Origin: an uncultured Bacteroidales bacterium
GTDB taxonomy: Bacteria; Bacteroidota; Bacteroidia; Bacteroidales; Bacteroidaceae
Length of the DNA: 64,000 nucleotides
Reading direction: 5' to 3'
NCBI GenBank assembly: GCA_902772585.1
Contig: CACYBB010000018.1
Location: 363-64,362, forward strand
The notes under the pieces are model-generated. The model saw nothing but the letters and a program-made list of their open reading frames with translations, was not told the origin of the DNA and did no database searches. Below are positions 10,801 to 20,040 of this stretch, one piece after another. How positions within the stretch are numbered: position 1 is the first letter of the stretch; every line of letters starts with the position of its first letter. The translations under genes and the position numbers were made by a program.

Positions 10801-13800
10801 TACGCATTGAGGGTTTCGATGTGAACTACCGTGGCTTCGACCATATTGAGTTGCAATACAAGCTCTCGACGCAGGGCGACAATGACTGGGTGAACATCTG
10901 CTCGTTCTATAATGACCGTACACTGATGGCTCAAGCCTCTGGTGTGGTGGACAGCATTCCTTCAAACGGTGCTATCCAGACACGCTTCTTCGGTGAGAAA
11001 GACCCGATAGAACAGCGCTACGACCTGAGGGCAGTTGTGTATTGCCGTTATGGTAACGGTTTCCTGACAGCGGCGTCGCCCATTCTGAGCGGAATTAAGG
11101 ACACCCGTCGTCCAGTACCCTTCGGCACTCCCGAACCTCAGAACGGCATACTGGGTATTGGTGACGACATCAAGATATCGTTCTCAGAGGCTATTGCCGG
11201 TAACTACCTCAGTACGATTAACAACTTTGAGGTATTGGGAACACCCGTCAGCAAGGACATCTCACTGTCAACACAGCTTGGCTTTACTGGCAATACATGG
11301 GCTATGTCCAAGACCAACTGTAATCTGACTGGTAAGAGCTTCACCGTGGATGTGATGCTTAACCCCGCCAAGACGAACGAGAACATGATTGTATTCTCGC
11401 ACAACGGCTACTACAATGGCGCAAACTTCGGTCTGACACCTGACCACCGACTCATTGCACGTATTGCCGGAGAGGAGGTCACCAGCCAGAAGCCTATTCC
11501 CTTCAACGGCATTCGTCAGGTTGCCTATAGCCTGCAGCAGGAAACTGACTCGATGCTGCTGTCACTCTATGATGGTAGCAGTCTTGTAGGGCAGAAGCGT
11601 ATTGCCGGCATCTACCAGATTAATGATGCACTATGGATAGGTTGCGGTGGCGACGATACGTTTAGCAACTATCAGGGCGAGATGTTGGAGTTCCGTCTGT
11701 GGAACCGCAGTCTCTCGGCTGCCGAACTGGGAGAATATGCCCAAAAGACGCTGACAGGCTATGAGTATGGTCTGCTGGACAACTATCCGATGAACGAGGG
11801 CACGGGCAGCTATACCTACGACCGTGCAGTTGGTGCCAACGACCTGGAACTCACCGACCACGTATGGAAGCGTCCGGATGGTATTTCGATAGCACTGGAC
11901 GGCACCGAGGGCGTACGCTTGCAGCCCGATCGTTTCAGTCGTACCGACTATCAGGATTACACGCTGATGTTCTGGTTCCGCACCGACGATGAGGAAGCTA
12001 CACTCATGGCTAATGGCGAGGCTACGACGGAAGTTGATGCACGTAACCACTTCAACATCGGTCTGCAAGAGGGCGAGGTAGTGTTCCGCTCAGGTAACCG
12101 TGAAATTAAGACCAACAGTATCGTTAACGACAACAGTTGGCATCACTATGCCATGACCGTGTCGCGGAGCCGTAATGTGGGTAATGTCTACATTGACAAG
12201 AATCTGGTGAAGTCGTTCGCTGTCGATACACTGGGTGGAATAATGGGTAATAACTTGGCTTTGGGTGCTACCTATACCAGCTCTACCACCTGTGAACGCG
12301 TGCTCAAGGGTAATATCGATGAGGTGGCTATGTTTGAGAGCGTGCTGCCACTGAACTTGCTCCAGACTTATGCCACACAGACACCGACAGGTAAGGAGAC
12401 GGCGCTTATGGCCTATCTTGACTTCGGACGTTCTGAACTGCAGGATGACGGCACACAACGACTCATGCCTACGGGTATCAGCCTGAAGCGTTATAAGGAT
12501 GCTCAGGGCAACGTGATAGCACAGCGCAACGACACCCTCATAGTACAGTCGGTGGTTGAGGCTCATGTGGATCGCAGACAGTATGCACCCATGACGAGTA
12601 CTCGCAAATTGGACAATGTGCGCTTCAGCTATGTGGCCAACAATAATGACCTGCTGATTAACCTTGACGTGCCTGACTTCCAGATAGAGAAGAGTAACGT
12701 CTATGTGACTGTGCGTGATGTGCCTGACCTGAACGGAAACACGATGGCCAGTCCGCTCACGATGAACCTCTATGTGTACCGAAATCCGCTTCGCTGGAAT
12801 GTGAAGCGCGTCAACCGTACCATCGATTATGGGGTGGGGGATGCCTTCACGGTGACTGTACAGAACCTGAGCGGACAACAGCAGTCCTATGAACTGCATG
12901 ACCTGCCCTTCTGGCTGAGTGCCTCGAAGACACAAGGCACCATTAGCGCGCAAGATGAGGAGACCATTACCTTTGAGGCGTCACCCTATATGAATATAGG
13001 AACTTATAATGAAGTGGTGTCACTCATCAGCGAGAGCGACATGAATGAACCGCTGCCAGTGACTGTCACCGTGACGGGCGAGGAACCCGACTGGGCGGTA
13101 AGTAATGAGCTGAAAAACCAAAACGGACTGATGCACATCGTTGCCCGCGTCACCATTGACAAGCGTGTCTCTACTGACCGTCGCGACATGCTGTCGGCAT
13201 TCGGTCCCTCACAAGAGGTAATGGGTGTGGCTCATGTGGAGGTTGACCAGACTGCCAATGCCAACGATGCGCTGACTTATCTTACGGTCTATGGCAATCC
13301 GAAAGAGAATACACCGCTCAACTTCCGCTTCTATGATGCTTCTACGGGTAAGACCCATATCCTTTACACGCAAGACAATCAGGACATCAAGTTCTATGCG
13401 GACTCAATATTGGGTAGCAGTGCCCAGCCAGTCTTACTCAAGAACATACTCGATGAGGTGCAGACCATTGACTTGGCCGAAGGCTGGAACTGGGTATCAG
13501 TCAAGGTGGCTCTTGAAGACTCTATTACTGTTGGCAGTCTGCTCAACGGAGCCGCTAAGTGGGAAGAGGGCGATGCCATTGAGGTGGTAAGTCAGGGAAA
13601 AGCCAACGTCATCTACTGCTGGGAGGCTGATAACACCTGGCACTATAAATGGGACAAGGAAGACCAACTGATTGACTTAGATCCGAGAATCATGTACCGC
13701 GTCTATTCCAACAGTCCTAAGAAGGTCTGTATTCGTGGTGCCTACTCGTATTGTTCTATCGATGTGAAGCAGGGGTGGAACCGTATCGGTTACCAGTCGC

Positions 13801-14477
13801 CCATCAATCTGCCCATCTCTCAGGCAATGAGCGAATACACTATGCTGGGCAGTGAAGGTGACGTGCTGAAATCGCAGGACGCCTTTGCCATACTTAGCAA
13901 GAACGGTAGCGGACAGCTCATTTGGAAGGGCTCACTGCTTTATATGGAACAAGGTAAGGGCTATATGCTGAAACGCAAAGATGCCAAACCGGTAAGTTTC
14001 ATGAATCCGCTCTACTATAATGACAATCGTTATGCGGGTGCTGGAGATACGCCCAATATGGCACCTCTGTTTGATAACCGTACGGCTACAACGATGACGA
14101 TGGTGGCAAAGACCGAAGGTGTAGAACTGCAGGCAGGCGATCGCCTCATGGCCTATGTTGACGGTCAGTTGTGCGGCATGGCAGAGAGTCAGTCTGACGG
14201 TTCGTTCTATATGAATATTGGCAGTGCCGATACAGCACCTCTGGTGTTCTGCATAGAGCGTGACGGAAAAACCATAGCAGCTGTCAAGAATGGTATGAAC
14301 TATACTGCCGATGCGATGGTTGGTTCACCTGCTGAACCTACTGTCATCCGCTTTACCAATATTGACAACTACACGGACGGTCACTGGTACACGCTGGACG
14401 GACACCTGTTAGAGAAACAGCCCCAACGAAAGGGATTCTATATTCACAATGGTAAAATTGAAATCATAAAACGATGA
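4869..14477 (+). CDS. Giant secreted multidomain surface protein (FN3-like, carboxypeptidase-regulatory-like, two LamG-like domains, T9SS-type C-terminus)
   Basis: 3202 aa, signal peptide, LamG motifs (EFRLWNRSLS; WHHYAMT..GNIDEVAMF), WYTLDG..KGFYIHNGKIEIIK tail. Confidence 0.85.
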   Translation: MTKRIQLFWALVFLLLPQMAEAASFIKDKQNYTAMLTGKATIQFSLPTFDYWSLSGNVYVTDDSYIEATCDGSTKKIFWWKSEGDEWSDRSWAWAEDYGTFIVIREHYGSEYDNRTLKPGEWSKFMLGADLSDGDHKTMKVNWEVPYEWQGKKIRLRANVVWTETTGNGDPMDISLGEFATSEPPTVNVMLMDPMLAFEKGHVNEIILPYSITARKVNSIAVHYTDRISGEDKSMVLSSTALSGYVYMPADRALKDLYLKCNIVDNDGNTLDIESERIKMPPLHQAVDFTATLEYSGQVTLTWKVENAELEDIVETDYWEIQRNLSGNSDDDDSGWMTIGQISYEAGEKAYSYVDEDYLNSYQGREVYYRIRRMATSMWGWSKDTGRKLCQQTSPLYLTQMTSGKVAKAADWGDNFQHRVNISWTSVLGKLGDVLGKDGKVYENASSAKDHGGGIWGVVVCGKPLIVWTANKSEIKSADYATQTYRQYYLDHSSGKLKYVVPSSDFHFVYPDYSYLTKIVKGYGGQIPDAPRNNFIFTSTPLLEALDDLASDGVEGIRGGNFFLYKDTIWSFNMSGTMYDPITTGFGVSFMTRGWAVYDEKSRDVWDSRAKLLLYIDMKNDAGEIVATECRDLSGDTAVINKGQYTLQLTRKCVDYDFRLVMKRGTSPLHFRENGADSLEVKLVKQETGADVVYKFMNNDSIVNLVAKQQQSTVELSWSNTGGDNDFYRVLRREHGVSDSEPWDTLATGLTQLFFIDKKPRPQHVYDYRVESVLQCEGLKISGQTVTGQCAPTGMVRGYVRLADGTGLGGLTVTAEPIGNIVGATIATAVTDSTGFFELSGLIYQQAGSYRISVASMGDAGSFEPQTVSFDDEVNLRNNFIFTINTYYIYSGNVYYEGSTIPVPGVQFRRDGVLMVNANQQPIVTDNQGSFSLSIPKGTHRVQAVKEGHQFKNDGYLQNPDSQTGDLRDYNWAKDVSTVRLWDQTRVVLRGRLVGGNEQGQLPLGQSLSKNNLGDSLKIVLMLEGDNTSYITYDPLDPTKKERTDVIVHGRTDTTSVRSNRRSITICPDEKSGEYQLSVYPVKYKVTEVSATGYSTLFQEGKVGETLDLTAYQQGDTAVYSRIYHSVPSLDVIQFNPTGENYYGVKQYQSQDNIGNKTMVSLWDSEAGYSFGNPVFMAGSPYGWVLQAVERYYFNNDSRREADVVKLKGGEVTFSNGLVSSTTMNKVELDSLGGGSYVFTPQNTTFTLEDDKAVKTVSITLLYDGTYFDVQPIKGYVMASIPKSNGNRMVVKGIPHLIDILRDPPGGGSSAYMEQGSKLSYSYSANIDASAGFDISKETGSGANYYTGVIGMAGVTGTEAGNINNVKTTQNFSVTLATYFGWSWNYSYAIDLNERIETSSGKKWIGPKADLFIGMTDNIVLQDAVAVRVIPENIYKLMTTHQGGTFNTSSGMPVTVKNGTMKVLATGHDPNGKPIYLIRDEVLGVSMNVSSSFVHSQYHIENEILPNLMRIRNSLILPKGTTPDYAQALANKQGFSSYVSNVDENDKLFGLSDANDKPTYTQYYPTGIGKSAMRDSIAALNNEAACWLRFLMKNEEEKLTATDLVKNYDFDGAASVQYAENFSFSGDRTRYLRWPIMNNFGGGFSQLLGPIGNLLEKVFSSGNVRSEPYTVGSDDVGSAVADISVVGSSIKLKFKPILSANFNDKNGINESWSKKVGFKLSVTPKSMLNVDVYRTKSSLLNISNEDTADNIFYSLTKDYLDKIRNGKVLSSGFTNSSSFMDQLQTPVYSSFVYRTRGGATASPYEDERLTKYYNPGTVLDAKTIELHKLRIWTEQASVSNVPFDEPARFTLYLANESEMPDNTTPYFKLAVDNKYNQKGAKIMVDGNVLNGDGYTVALTPNEVLTKQIEVYPGEAFDYENLAITLYDPDDDPRTYNTYISAHFVPSAGKVKVTAPGGNWVVNTESSYDAKQQAYFLPVRIEGFDVNYRGFDHIELQYKLSTQGDNDWVNICSFYNDRTLMAQASGVVDSIPSNGAIQTRFFGEKDPIEQRYDLRAVVYCRYGNGFLTAASPILSGIKDTRRPVPFGTPEPQNGILGIGDDIKISFSEAIAGNYLSTINNFEVLGTPVSKDISLSTQLGFTGNTWAMSKTNCNLTGKSFTVDVMLNPAKTNENMIVFSHNGYYNGANFGLTPDHRLIARIAGEEVTSQKPIPFNGIRQVAYSLQQETDSMLLSLYDGSSLVGQKRIAGIYQINDALWIGCGGDDTFSNYQGEMLEFRLWNRSLSAAELGEYAQKTLTGYEYGLLDNYPMNEGTGSYTYDRAVGANDLELTDHVWKRPDGISIALDGTEGVRLQPDRFSRTDYQDYTLMFWFRTDDEEATLMANGEATTEVDARNHFNIGLQEGEVVFRSGNREIKTNSIVNDNSWHHYAMTVSRSRNVGNVYIDKNLVKSFAVDTLGGIMGNNLALGATYTSSTTCERVLKGNIDEVAMFESVLPLNLLQTYATQTPTGKETALMAYLDFGRSELQDDGTQRLMPTGISLKRYKDAQGNVIAQRNDTLIVQSVVEAHVDRRQYAPMTSTRKLDNVRFSYVANNNDLLINLDVPDFQIEKSNVYVTVRDVPDLNGNTMASPLTMNLYVYRNPLRWNVKRVNRTIDYGVGDAFTVTVQNLSGQQQSYELHDLPFWLSASKTQGTISAQDEETITFEASPYMNIGTYNEVVSLISESDMNEPLPVTVTVTGEEPDWAVSNELKNQNGLMHIVARVTIDKRVSTDRRDMLSAFGPSQEVMGVAHVEVDQTANANDALTYLTVYGNPKENTPLNFRFYDASTGKTHILYTQDNQDIKFYADSILGSSAQPVLLKNILDEVQTIDLAEGWNWVSVKVALEDSITVGSLLNGAAKWEEGDAIEVVSQGKANVIYCWEADNTWHYKWDKEDQLIDLDPRIMYRVYSNSPKKVCIRGAYSYCSIDVKQGWNRIGYQSPINLPISQAMSEYTMLGSEGDVLKSQDAFAILSKNGSGQLIWKGSLLYMEQGKGYMLKRKDAKPVSFMNPLYYNDNRYAGAGDTPNMAPLFDNRTATTMTMVAKTEGVELQAGDRLMAYVDGQLCGMAESQSDGSFYMNIGSADTAPLVFCIERDGKTIAAVKNGMNYTADAMVGSPAEPTVIRFTNIDNYTDGHWYTLDGHLLEKQPQRKGFYIHNGKIEIIKR

Positions 14478-14920
14478 AGAAAATTATTTGCATCATAGCA
14501 GCCTTCACACTGACGGTGTGGGGCTGCTCCTCAGACAACGATTCGAACACACCCGCTGAAAGTGTCATTACGCCAGGTGATGACGCACGCCCTACATGGC
14601 AGTCACCAGACTACATGCACTACGAACAATCTATGTCGGTGTTCCTTAACCTGCAGTCAGAGCTGAAAGTCTATTCAAGCAGTCAGGACATGCTCTGCGC
14701 CATTGTTGGCGATGAAGTACGTGGAGTGGCCTATGCTGATACTGCTCATGGCGGTTTTGCACTGACCATTGCAGGCAACAGCTCCACCGAGGTTATCACG
14801 CTGAGCTACTACTGTGACCGCCTGCATAGGATTTTTACGCTTAAGAACTGGACGACATTCGATAGCGGCATCAAGCCTATGGGGACGGGAGGACTGTATA
14901 ATCCACGCTTCCCGCTGTAA
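14474..14920 (+). CDS. Lipoprotein translationally coupled to the giant protein
   Basis: Lipobox VWGC; ATGA start/stop overlap. Confidence 0.8.
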   Translation: MKKIICIIAAFTLTVWGCSSDNDSNTPAESVITPGDDARPTWQSPDYMHYEQSMSVFLNLQSELKVYSSSQDMLCAIVGDEVRGVAYADTAHGGFALTIAGNSSTEVITLSYYCDRLHRIFTLKNWTTFDSGIKPMGTGGLYNPRFPL

Positions 14921-15040
14921 GGGTACAAAATGCGACAACCTTTTATTCTTGTGGATCCCAGTCAATGGGTATGTTCGCTGTGCTTTTATCAAACTGACCG
15001 GACAAATGCCCAGCCAGTTTGAGGTGTCAGAATAATCATG

Positions 15041-16105
15041 TTATAGCGGATTCCACCCTTGGGCTTTGAGCTCGAACTCCTGGTCATCGCGGGTGACAAG
15101 GATGTGTCCGAGGCTCTGGTTGGTGATGTGACCAATCAGCTTCACATCCTCCATGTCCTGAATCTTCTCGTGGTCGCCTATAGGCACAGTGAACAGCAAC
15201 TCGTAGTCCTCGCCGCCATTGAGGGCGCAGGTGGTAACGTTCATGTTCAGCTCCTCGGCCATGACAGCAGTCTGATAGTCAATGGGTATCTGCTTTTCGA
15301 AGATGCGGCAACCCACTTTGCTCTGCTTGCAGATGTGCATGAGTTCGCTTGACAATCCGTCGCTGATGTCCATCATGGCGGTAGGACGGATGCCAGCCTC
15401 GCGTAACTTATTGATAATGTCGCCACGAGCCTCCGTCTTCAGTTGGCGCTGCAACAGGTACTCCTTACCAGCGAAGTCGGGCTGAAAGTCGGGGATGCTG
15501 GCGGGTGAACCGCTGGACGCACTCTTTTTCTTCGCCTCTTCCACCATCTGGTAGTAGACGGCTTTCTCGCGTTCCAAGAGTTGCAGACCCATATAGGCGG
15601 CACCGAGGTCGCCAGAGACGCAGACGAGGTCGGTCTCTTTGGCGCCGTTGCGATAGATGATATCCTCCTTGCGAGCCTCACCGATGCAGGTGATGCTGAT
15701 GGCCAGACCCGTATAAGAAGAGGTGGTGTCGCCACCAATGACATCGACGCCCCACTTGTCGCAGGCCATGCGCAGTCCGGAATAGAACTGCTCTATGTCC
15801 TCTACGCTGAAACGCTTGCTGAGTGCCAATGAGACGGTCATCTGACGTGGTGTGCCGTTCATGGCGAAGATGTCGCTGATGTTAACCATTGCCGACTTCC
15901 AACCCAGGTGCTGCAGGTCGATATAGGTCAGGTCGAAGTGCACGCCCTCCATAAGCATGTCGGTAGTGACGAGTACCTCGCTGTCGGGATAGTGAAGTAC
16001 GGCGCAGTCATCGCCTACGCCGTACTTTGTTGATTCGTTGTTGGGTTTGATATCCTTTGTCAAGCGGTCTATCAAACCAAATTCTCCTAATTTTGCTATT
16101 TCCAT
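15041..16105 (-). CDS. thiL: Thiamine-monophosphate kinase
   Basis: GEFGLI, GDDCAV, NISDIFAMNG, GGDT, DISDGL and GGEDYELLFT motifs. Confidence 0.97.
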   Translation of the reverse strand: MEIAKLGEFGLIDRLTKDIKPNNESTKYGVGDDCAVLHYPDSEVLVTTDMLMEGVHFDLTYIDLQHLGWKSAMVNISDIFAMNGTPRQMTVSLALSKRFSVEDIEQFYSGLRMACDKWGVDVIGGDTTSSYTGLAISITCIGEARKEDIIYRNGAKETDLVCVSGDLGAAYMGLQLLEREKAVYYQMVEEAKKKSASSGSPASIPDFQPDFAGKEYLLQRQLKTEARGDIINKLREAGIRPTAMMDISDGLSSELMHICKQSKVGCRIFEKQIPIDYQTAVMAEELNMNVTTCALNGGEDYELLFTVPIGDHEKIQDMEDVKLIGHITNQSLGHILVTRDDQEFELKAQGWNPL

Positions 16106-16108
16106 TTA

Positions 16109-16921
16109 TTATGCTGTTCTCTTAATCATTTCGCGCATGATCTCGGTCATCAGTGGCTGAGCCTTGTCGGCAGCCTCCTGAACCTCCTCGTGGCTGACCT
16201 CTACAGGATTGTCGAAGCCGCCCAGGTCGGTGACTACGCTGATGCCGAAGGTGCGGATGCCACAATGGTGGGCTACGATAACCTCAGGTACGGTAGACAT
16301 ACCAACGGTGTCGCCACCCAGGGTGCGATACATGCGATACTCTGCGGGAGTCTCGAACGTAGGACCTGTAACGCCGATATAGACACCATAGACCAGACGA
16401 ATCTTCTTCTCCTTGGCAATCTGGGTGGCTAGGTTGATGAGTTCGTGGTCATAGGCCTCGTGCATATCCGGGAAACGAGGACCCGTGGGGAAGTTCTTGC
16501 CACGCAGCGGATGCTCTGGGAAGAAGTTGATATGGTCGGTGATAACCATCAGGTCACCAATCTTGAAGGCAGGATTCATACCACCGGCAGCATTGCTGAC
16601 GAAGAGGGTCTTGATGCCCAGCTCGTACATAACGCGAACGGGGAAGGTTACCTCTTTCATATTATATCCCTCATAGTAGTGGAAACGGCCTTGCATAGCC
16701 ATGATGTCCACACCACCGAGTTTACCGAAGATGAGTGCACCAGCGTGTCCCTCAACGGTAGATACAGGGAAGTTGGGGATGTCGCCGTAAGGAATCTCGA
16801 GTTTGTCAGTTATCTCGGAAGCTAATTGTCCGAGGCCTGTCCCCAGAATGATTGCTGTCGTGGGGCTTGTGGTCATCCTTTCTTTTAACCAGGATGCTGT
16901 TTCTTGAATTTTTGTGTACAT
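16109..16921 (-). CDS. punA: Purine nucleoside phosphorylase (trimeric type)
   Basis: ILGTGLG, GRFHYYEG, GPTFETPAE and GMSTVPE motifs. Confidence 0.93.
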   Translation of the reverse strand: MYTKIQETASWLKERMTTSPTTAIILGTGLGQLASEITDKLEIPYGDIPNFPVSTVEGHAGALIFGKLGGVDIMAMQGRFHYYEGYNMKEVTFPVRVMYELGIKTLFVSNAAGGMNPAFKIGDLMVITDHINFFPEHPLRGKNFPTGPRFPDMHEAYDHELINLATQIAKEKKIRLVYGVYIGVTGPTFETPAEYRMYRTLGGDTVGMSTVPEVIVAHHCGIRTFGISVVTDLGGFDNPVEVSHEEVQEAADKAQPLMTEIMREMIKRTA

Positions 16922-17975
16922 AGTCTATAATTTGTTGGTTAAACAATTGTGTCTGTTTTTGGAGGAAGCAGACGGTAATAGGTAATGCATAGAGATGTTG
17001 GCGCACCTCCTCGCTGAGACCGTCAACCAGACGAAGACGGGTAACATCCTTCTCTGTCGTGATAATCAGTTTGGGAGAGGGGAGGGTAGCGTAGGTGCTA
17101 TTGATCAGTTCCACGTCCTTGGGCGTGAAAACATGGTGGTCGCCAAAGGCAAGTGGGGTCAGTTGCGGTATCAGAGGCTCCAGGTCGTGCGTCATCTGCT
17201 GGGGCGAGGCAATGCCGGTGAGCAGAAGGGCATGATGGTCCTTCAATTCATGAAGGTCCGGAGGGGCTTGGGTCTCTTGGAATACCGGCAACAGTTCACC
17301 ATAGTCGATGGACGTGAAGAACAGTCGCTGGTAGGGATAGAGATTCATGGCCTTGGTGATGACACGATACTCCATGGGTTTTAGGTCCTTCGGACACTTG
17401 GTGACGATGACGATGTCGGCACGGTCCTTGCCGCTTAGTGGCTCGCGCAGTCTGCCAGCAGGCAACAGCGTGTCGTAGATAATCAGTCGGTGGTAGTCGA
17501 CCAGCAGGATGTTGATGCCGGGTTTGACATAACGGTGCTGGAAGGCATCGTCCAACAGGATGACGTCGATGTCCTTGTTGTTCTCCACCAGTGTGTCTAT
17601 GCCGTGACAGCGGTTCTTGTCAACAGCAACAATGACATCCGGATATTTCTGCTTCATCTGGAAAGGCTCGTCGCCAATCTCTGGCATCGTGGATGTAGCC
17701 TTGGCCTGTACGAAACCTTTGCTCTTGCGCTTGTATCCTCTACTGAGAACGGCGGTATGGAAAGTGTCTTTCAACAGGCGGATGAGGTATTCCACATGGG
17801 GCGTTTTGCCACTTCCACCAACGGTGATGTTGCCCACAGCGATGACTGGCACGTCGAAACTGCGAGTCTTCAGCAAACCGATGCTGAACATCGTGTTCCG
17901 AAGATTCACAGCCATGCCGTAGAGCCAGCTCAGTGGCAGCAGCCATTTGTTGATTTTAATGAAATCGCCTTCCAT
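16806..17975 (-). CDS. lpxK: Tetraacyldisaccharide 4'-kinase
   Basis: VGNITVGGSGKTP, SRGYKR, LDDAFQH and TTEKD motifs. Confidence 0.96.
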   Translation of the reverse strand: MEGDFIKINKWLLPLSWLYGMAVNLRNTMFSIGLLKTRSFDVPVIAVGNITVGGSGKTPHVEYLIRLLKDTFHTAVLSRGYKRKSKGFVQAKATSTMPEIGDEPFQMKQKYPDVIVAVDKNRCHGIDTLVENNKDIDVILLDDAFQHRYVKPGINILLVDYHRLIIYDTLLPAGRLREPLSGKDRADIVIVTKCPKDLKPMEYRVITKAMNLYPYQRLFFTSIDYGELLPVFQETQAPPDLHELKDHHALLLTGIASPQQMTHDLEPLIPQLTPLAFGDHHVFTPKDVELINSTYATLPSPKLIITTEKDVTRLRLVDGLSEEVRQHLYALPITVCFLQKQTQLFNQQIIDYVHKNSRNSILVKRKDDHKPHDSNHSGDRPRTISFRDN

Positions 17976-17986
17976 GCGTTTCTTGT

Positions 17987-18052
17987 CGTTATTTCGCTAT
18001 TACGTTATTACGGTATAACGTTATTACGATATAACGTTATTACGATGTTTCG
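17987..18052. repeat. 8-nt-period degenerate tandem repeat (CGTTATTA-like, 8 units)
   Basis: CG every 8 nt across the sppA-lpxK spacer. Confidence 0.8.
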
Positions 18053-18055
18053 ATT

Positions 18056-19828
18056 TTATTTAATCTCCAGGAAATAGGGCAGGCGAGCCTGGATAGCCGA
18101 CTGCTTGTCGATGTTCTTCAGATAGGTGAAGGGGGCGTAGTATTCACCCAGCGTTTCGCGCATCTGCTCATCCAGATAGTTGCCGTTATCCATGCTGGCA
18201 GTCAGACTCTCCCACCAACTGGGCTCGTCAGGATAGCTGCTGGTGTGATACTCCTTGACTTTGGCAAGTTGGGCAGCCTTCTTGACGGCATCGTCCAGAG
18301 AACCAATGGCATCAACCAGCTTAATCTTCAGCGCGTCGTTGCCGACCCACACATGACCCTGGGCAATCTCCTCAACCTGTTCAACGGGCAACTTGCGACC
18401 ATCGGCCACACGCTTGCGGAACAACTCATAGCCGCGTCCGATATACTGGTCGAGCAGAGCTAACTCCTCGGCATTCAAGGAACGTGACATAGCGCCGAAG
18501 TTGGCATGTTTGTTGGTCTTTACCTCGCTGAACTTCACACCCAGCTTCTCTGTCAGCAACTGGCTTACATCGGGGAACATACCAAAGATACCAATAGAAC
18601 CTGTCAGGGTGGTAGGCTCTGAGTAGATATAGTTGGCATTACAGCTGATGTAGTAACCACCGCTGGCAGCATAGCCACCCATCGAAACCACTACGGGCTT
18701 CTTAGCTTTCAGGTTGGTGACAGCACGCCAAATCTGTTCAGAAGCGTATGCTGAGCCACCAGGAGAGTTGACACGCAGTACGACAGCCTTCACATCATCG
18801 TCGTTCATCAAGTCTTCCAAGTCCTTGCAGACGTCATTGGCTACGATGGCGTGGTCTTGTGTCAGCATGCTTCCTGTCTGAGAATCAACGATTTCACCAA
18901 AAGCGTAGTAAACGGCGATCTTCTCGCCTTCTTTCTTCTTGTCGGCAACGTTCCCCATGTCACCCAGTGTCAACTGGTTGATATGCTCGTCCTTGTCAAT
19001 CTTCAGGAGTTTCTTGATTTCGCCCTTTACCTCGTCTGTGTACATTAGTTTGTCGACGAGTTTCATGCGTACCAGTTCTTTCTGCTGGCTGAGTGCTACA
19101 TAGCGGTCAGCATAGGCGTTCAGCGAATCGACGGAAATCTTACGACTCTTAGATACGTCGCTCAACATCACCTTCCAGATGCCGTTCAGATAAGCTTCTG
19201 TCTGTTCGCGATCGTAGTTGCTCATCTGGTCAGCAGTCATCATCTCTACAGCACTCTTATATTTGCCGACCTTCACAGCCGTGAACTTAACACCAAACTT
19301 GGCCAACAGGTCCTTGACGTAGTACATCTCACCGCCTAAGCCGTGCCAATCGACCATACCCTCTGGGTTCAGGAATAGCTTGTCGGCAGCACTACATATA
19401 TAATAGGTATTCTGGGTATAAGAGTCGCCATAAGCCACAATCCACTTGCCACTCTTCTTGAAATCCAGTAGCGCTTCGCGAATGGCATGTGCCGATGCAG
19501 GTGTACCACTACTGAAGGCTCCAGCCTCGATATAGATGCCTTTGATGTCTTCGTTGTCCTTAGCCTTCTTGATGGCGTTGAGGATGTCGTCCAGTCCGAG
19601 CGTCTCGCCAACATCTCCTGTCAGCGATGCCAAGGGGTTCTCCTGTGTGCGCTCCTCCACTTGGCCGGAGAGCATCAGCGTGAATACAGAGTTTTCTTCA
19701 ACTTTTGTCGTGCTGGCACTTGATGCTGCCAGGCCTACCAATGAGATGGCGCCGAGAATGGCCATCACGATGGTCAACAGAATGATACCGGTAATGGTTG
19801 CAAAAACATACTTAAGAAAGTCTTTCAT
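18056..19828 (-). CDS. sppA: Signal peptide peptidase SppA (protease IV, S49)
   Basis: GKYKSAVE, RVNSPGGS, AASGGYY and GSIG motifs. Confidence 0.96.
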   Translation of the reverse strand: MKDFLKYVFATITGIILLTIVMAILGAISLVGLAASSASTTKVEENSVFTLMLSGQVEERTQENPLASLTGDVGETLGLDDILNAIKKAKDNEDIKGIYIEAGAFSSGTPASAHAIREALLDFKKSGKWIVAYGDSYTQNTYYICSAADKLFLNPEGMVDWHGLGGEMYYVKDLLAKFGVKFTAVKVGKYKSAVEMMTADQMSNYDREQTEAYLNGIWKVMLSDVSKSRKISVDSLNAYADRYVALSQQKELVRMKLVDKLMYTDEVKGEIKKLLKIDKDEHINQLTLGDMGNVADKKKEGEKIAVYYAFGEIVDSQTGSMLTQDHAIVANDVCKDLEDLMNDDDVKAVVLRVNSPGGSAYASEQIWRAVTNLKAKKPVVVSMGGYAASGGYYISCNANYIYSEPTTLTGSIGIFGMFPDVSQLLTEKLGVKFSEVKTNKHANFGAMSRSLNAEELALLDQYIGRGYELFRKRVADGRKLPVEQVEEIAQGHVWVGNDALKIKLVDAIGSLDDAVKKAAQLAKVKEYHTSSYPDEPSWWESLTASMDNGNYLDEQMRETLGEYYAPFTYLKNIDKQSAIQARLPYFLEIK

Positions 19829-19950
19829 ATCTTTGTTTGATTAGTTGTTACTATTCTCTTCAATTCTGCAAAGGTACAAAAAAAATGATAACTCCAAAAA
19901 TAAAAGGACAAAAAAATGAAAGAATGGGAATAAATAACAGAAAAAGTTTC

Positions 19951-19991
19951 TGCCAATGTGTCAGTCTTGCAGATTTGGCACGGTTTTGGCA
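19951..19991 (+). promoter_or_regulatory. Candidate sigma54-type (-24/-12) promoter with an overlapping TGCCAA..TTGGCA inverted repeat upstream of groES
   Basis: TGGCACGGTTTTGGCA is GG-N10-GC at 19976-19991. Confidence 0.5.
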
Positions 19992-20040
19992 GAACAACGA
20001 GCAGAAAACATAAAAGTTTAATTAAAATAAATAAGGTATT

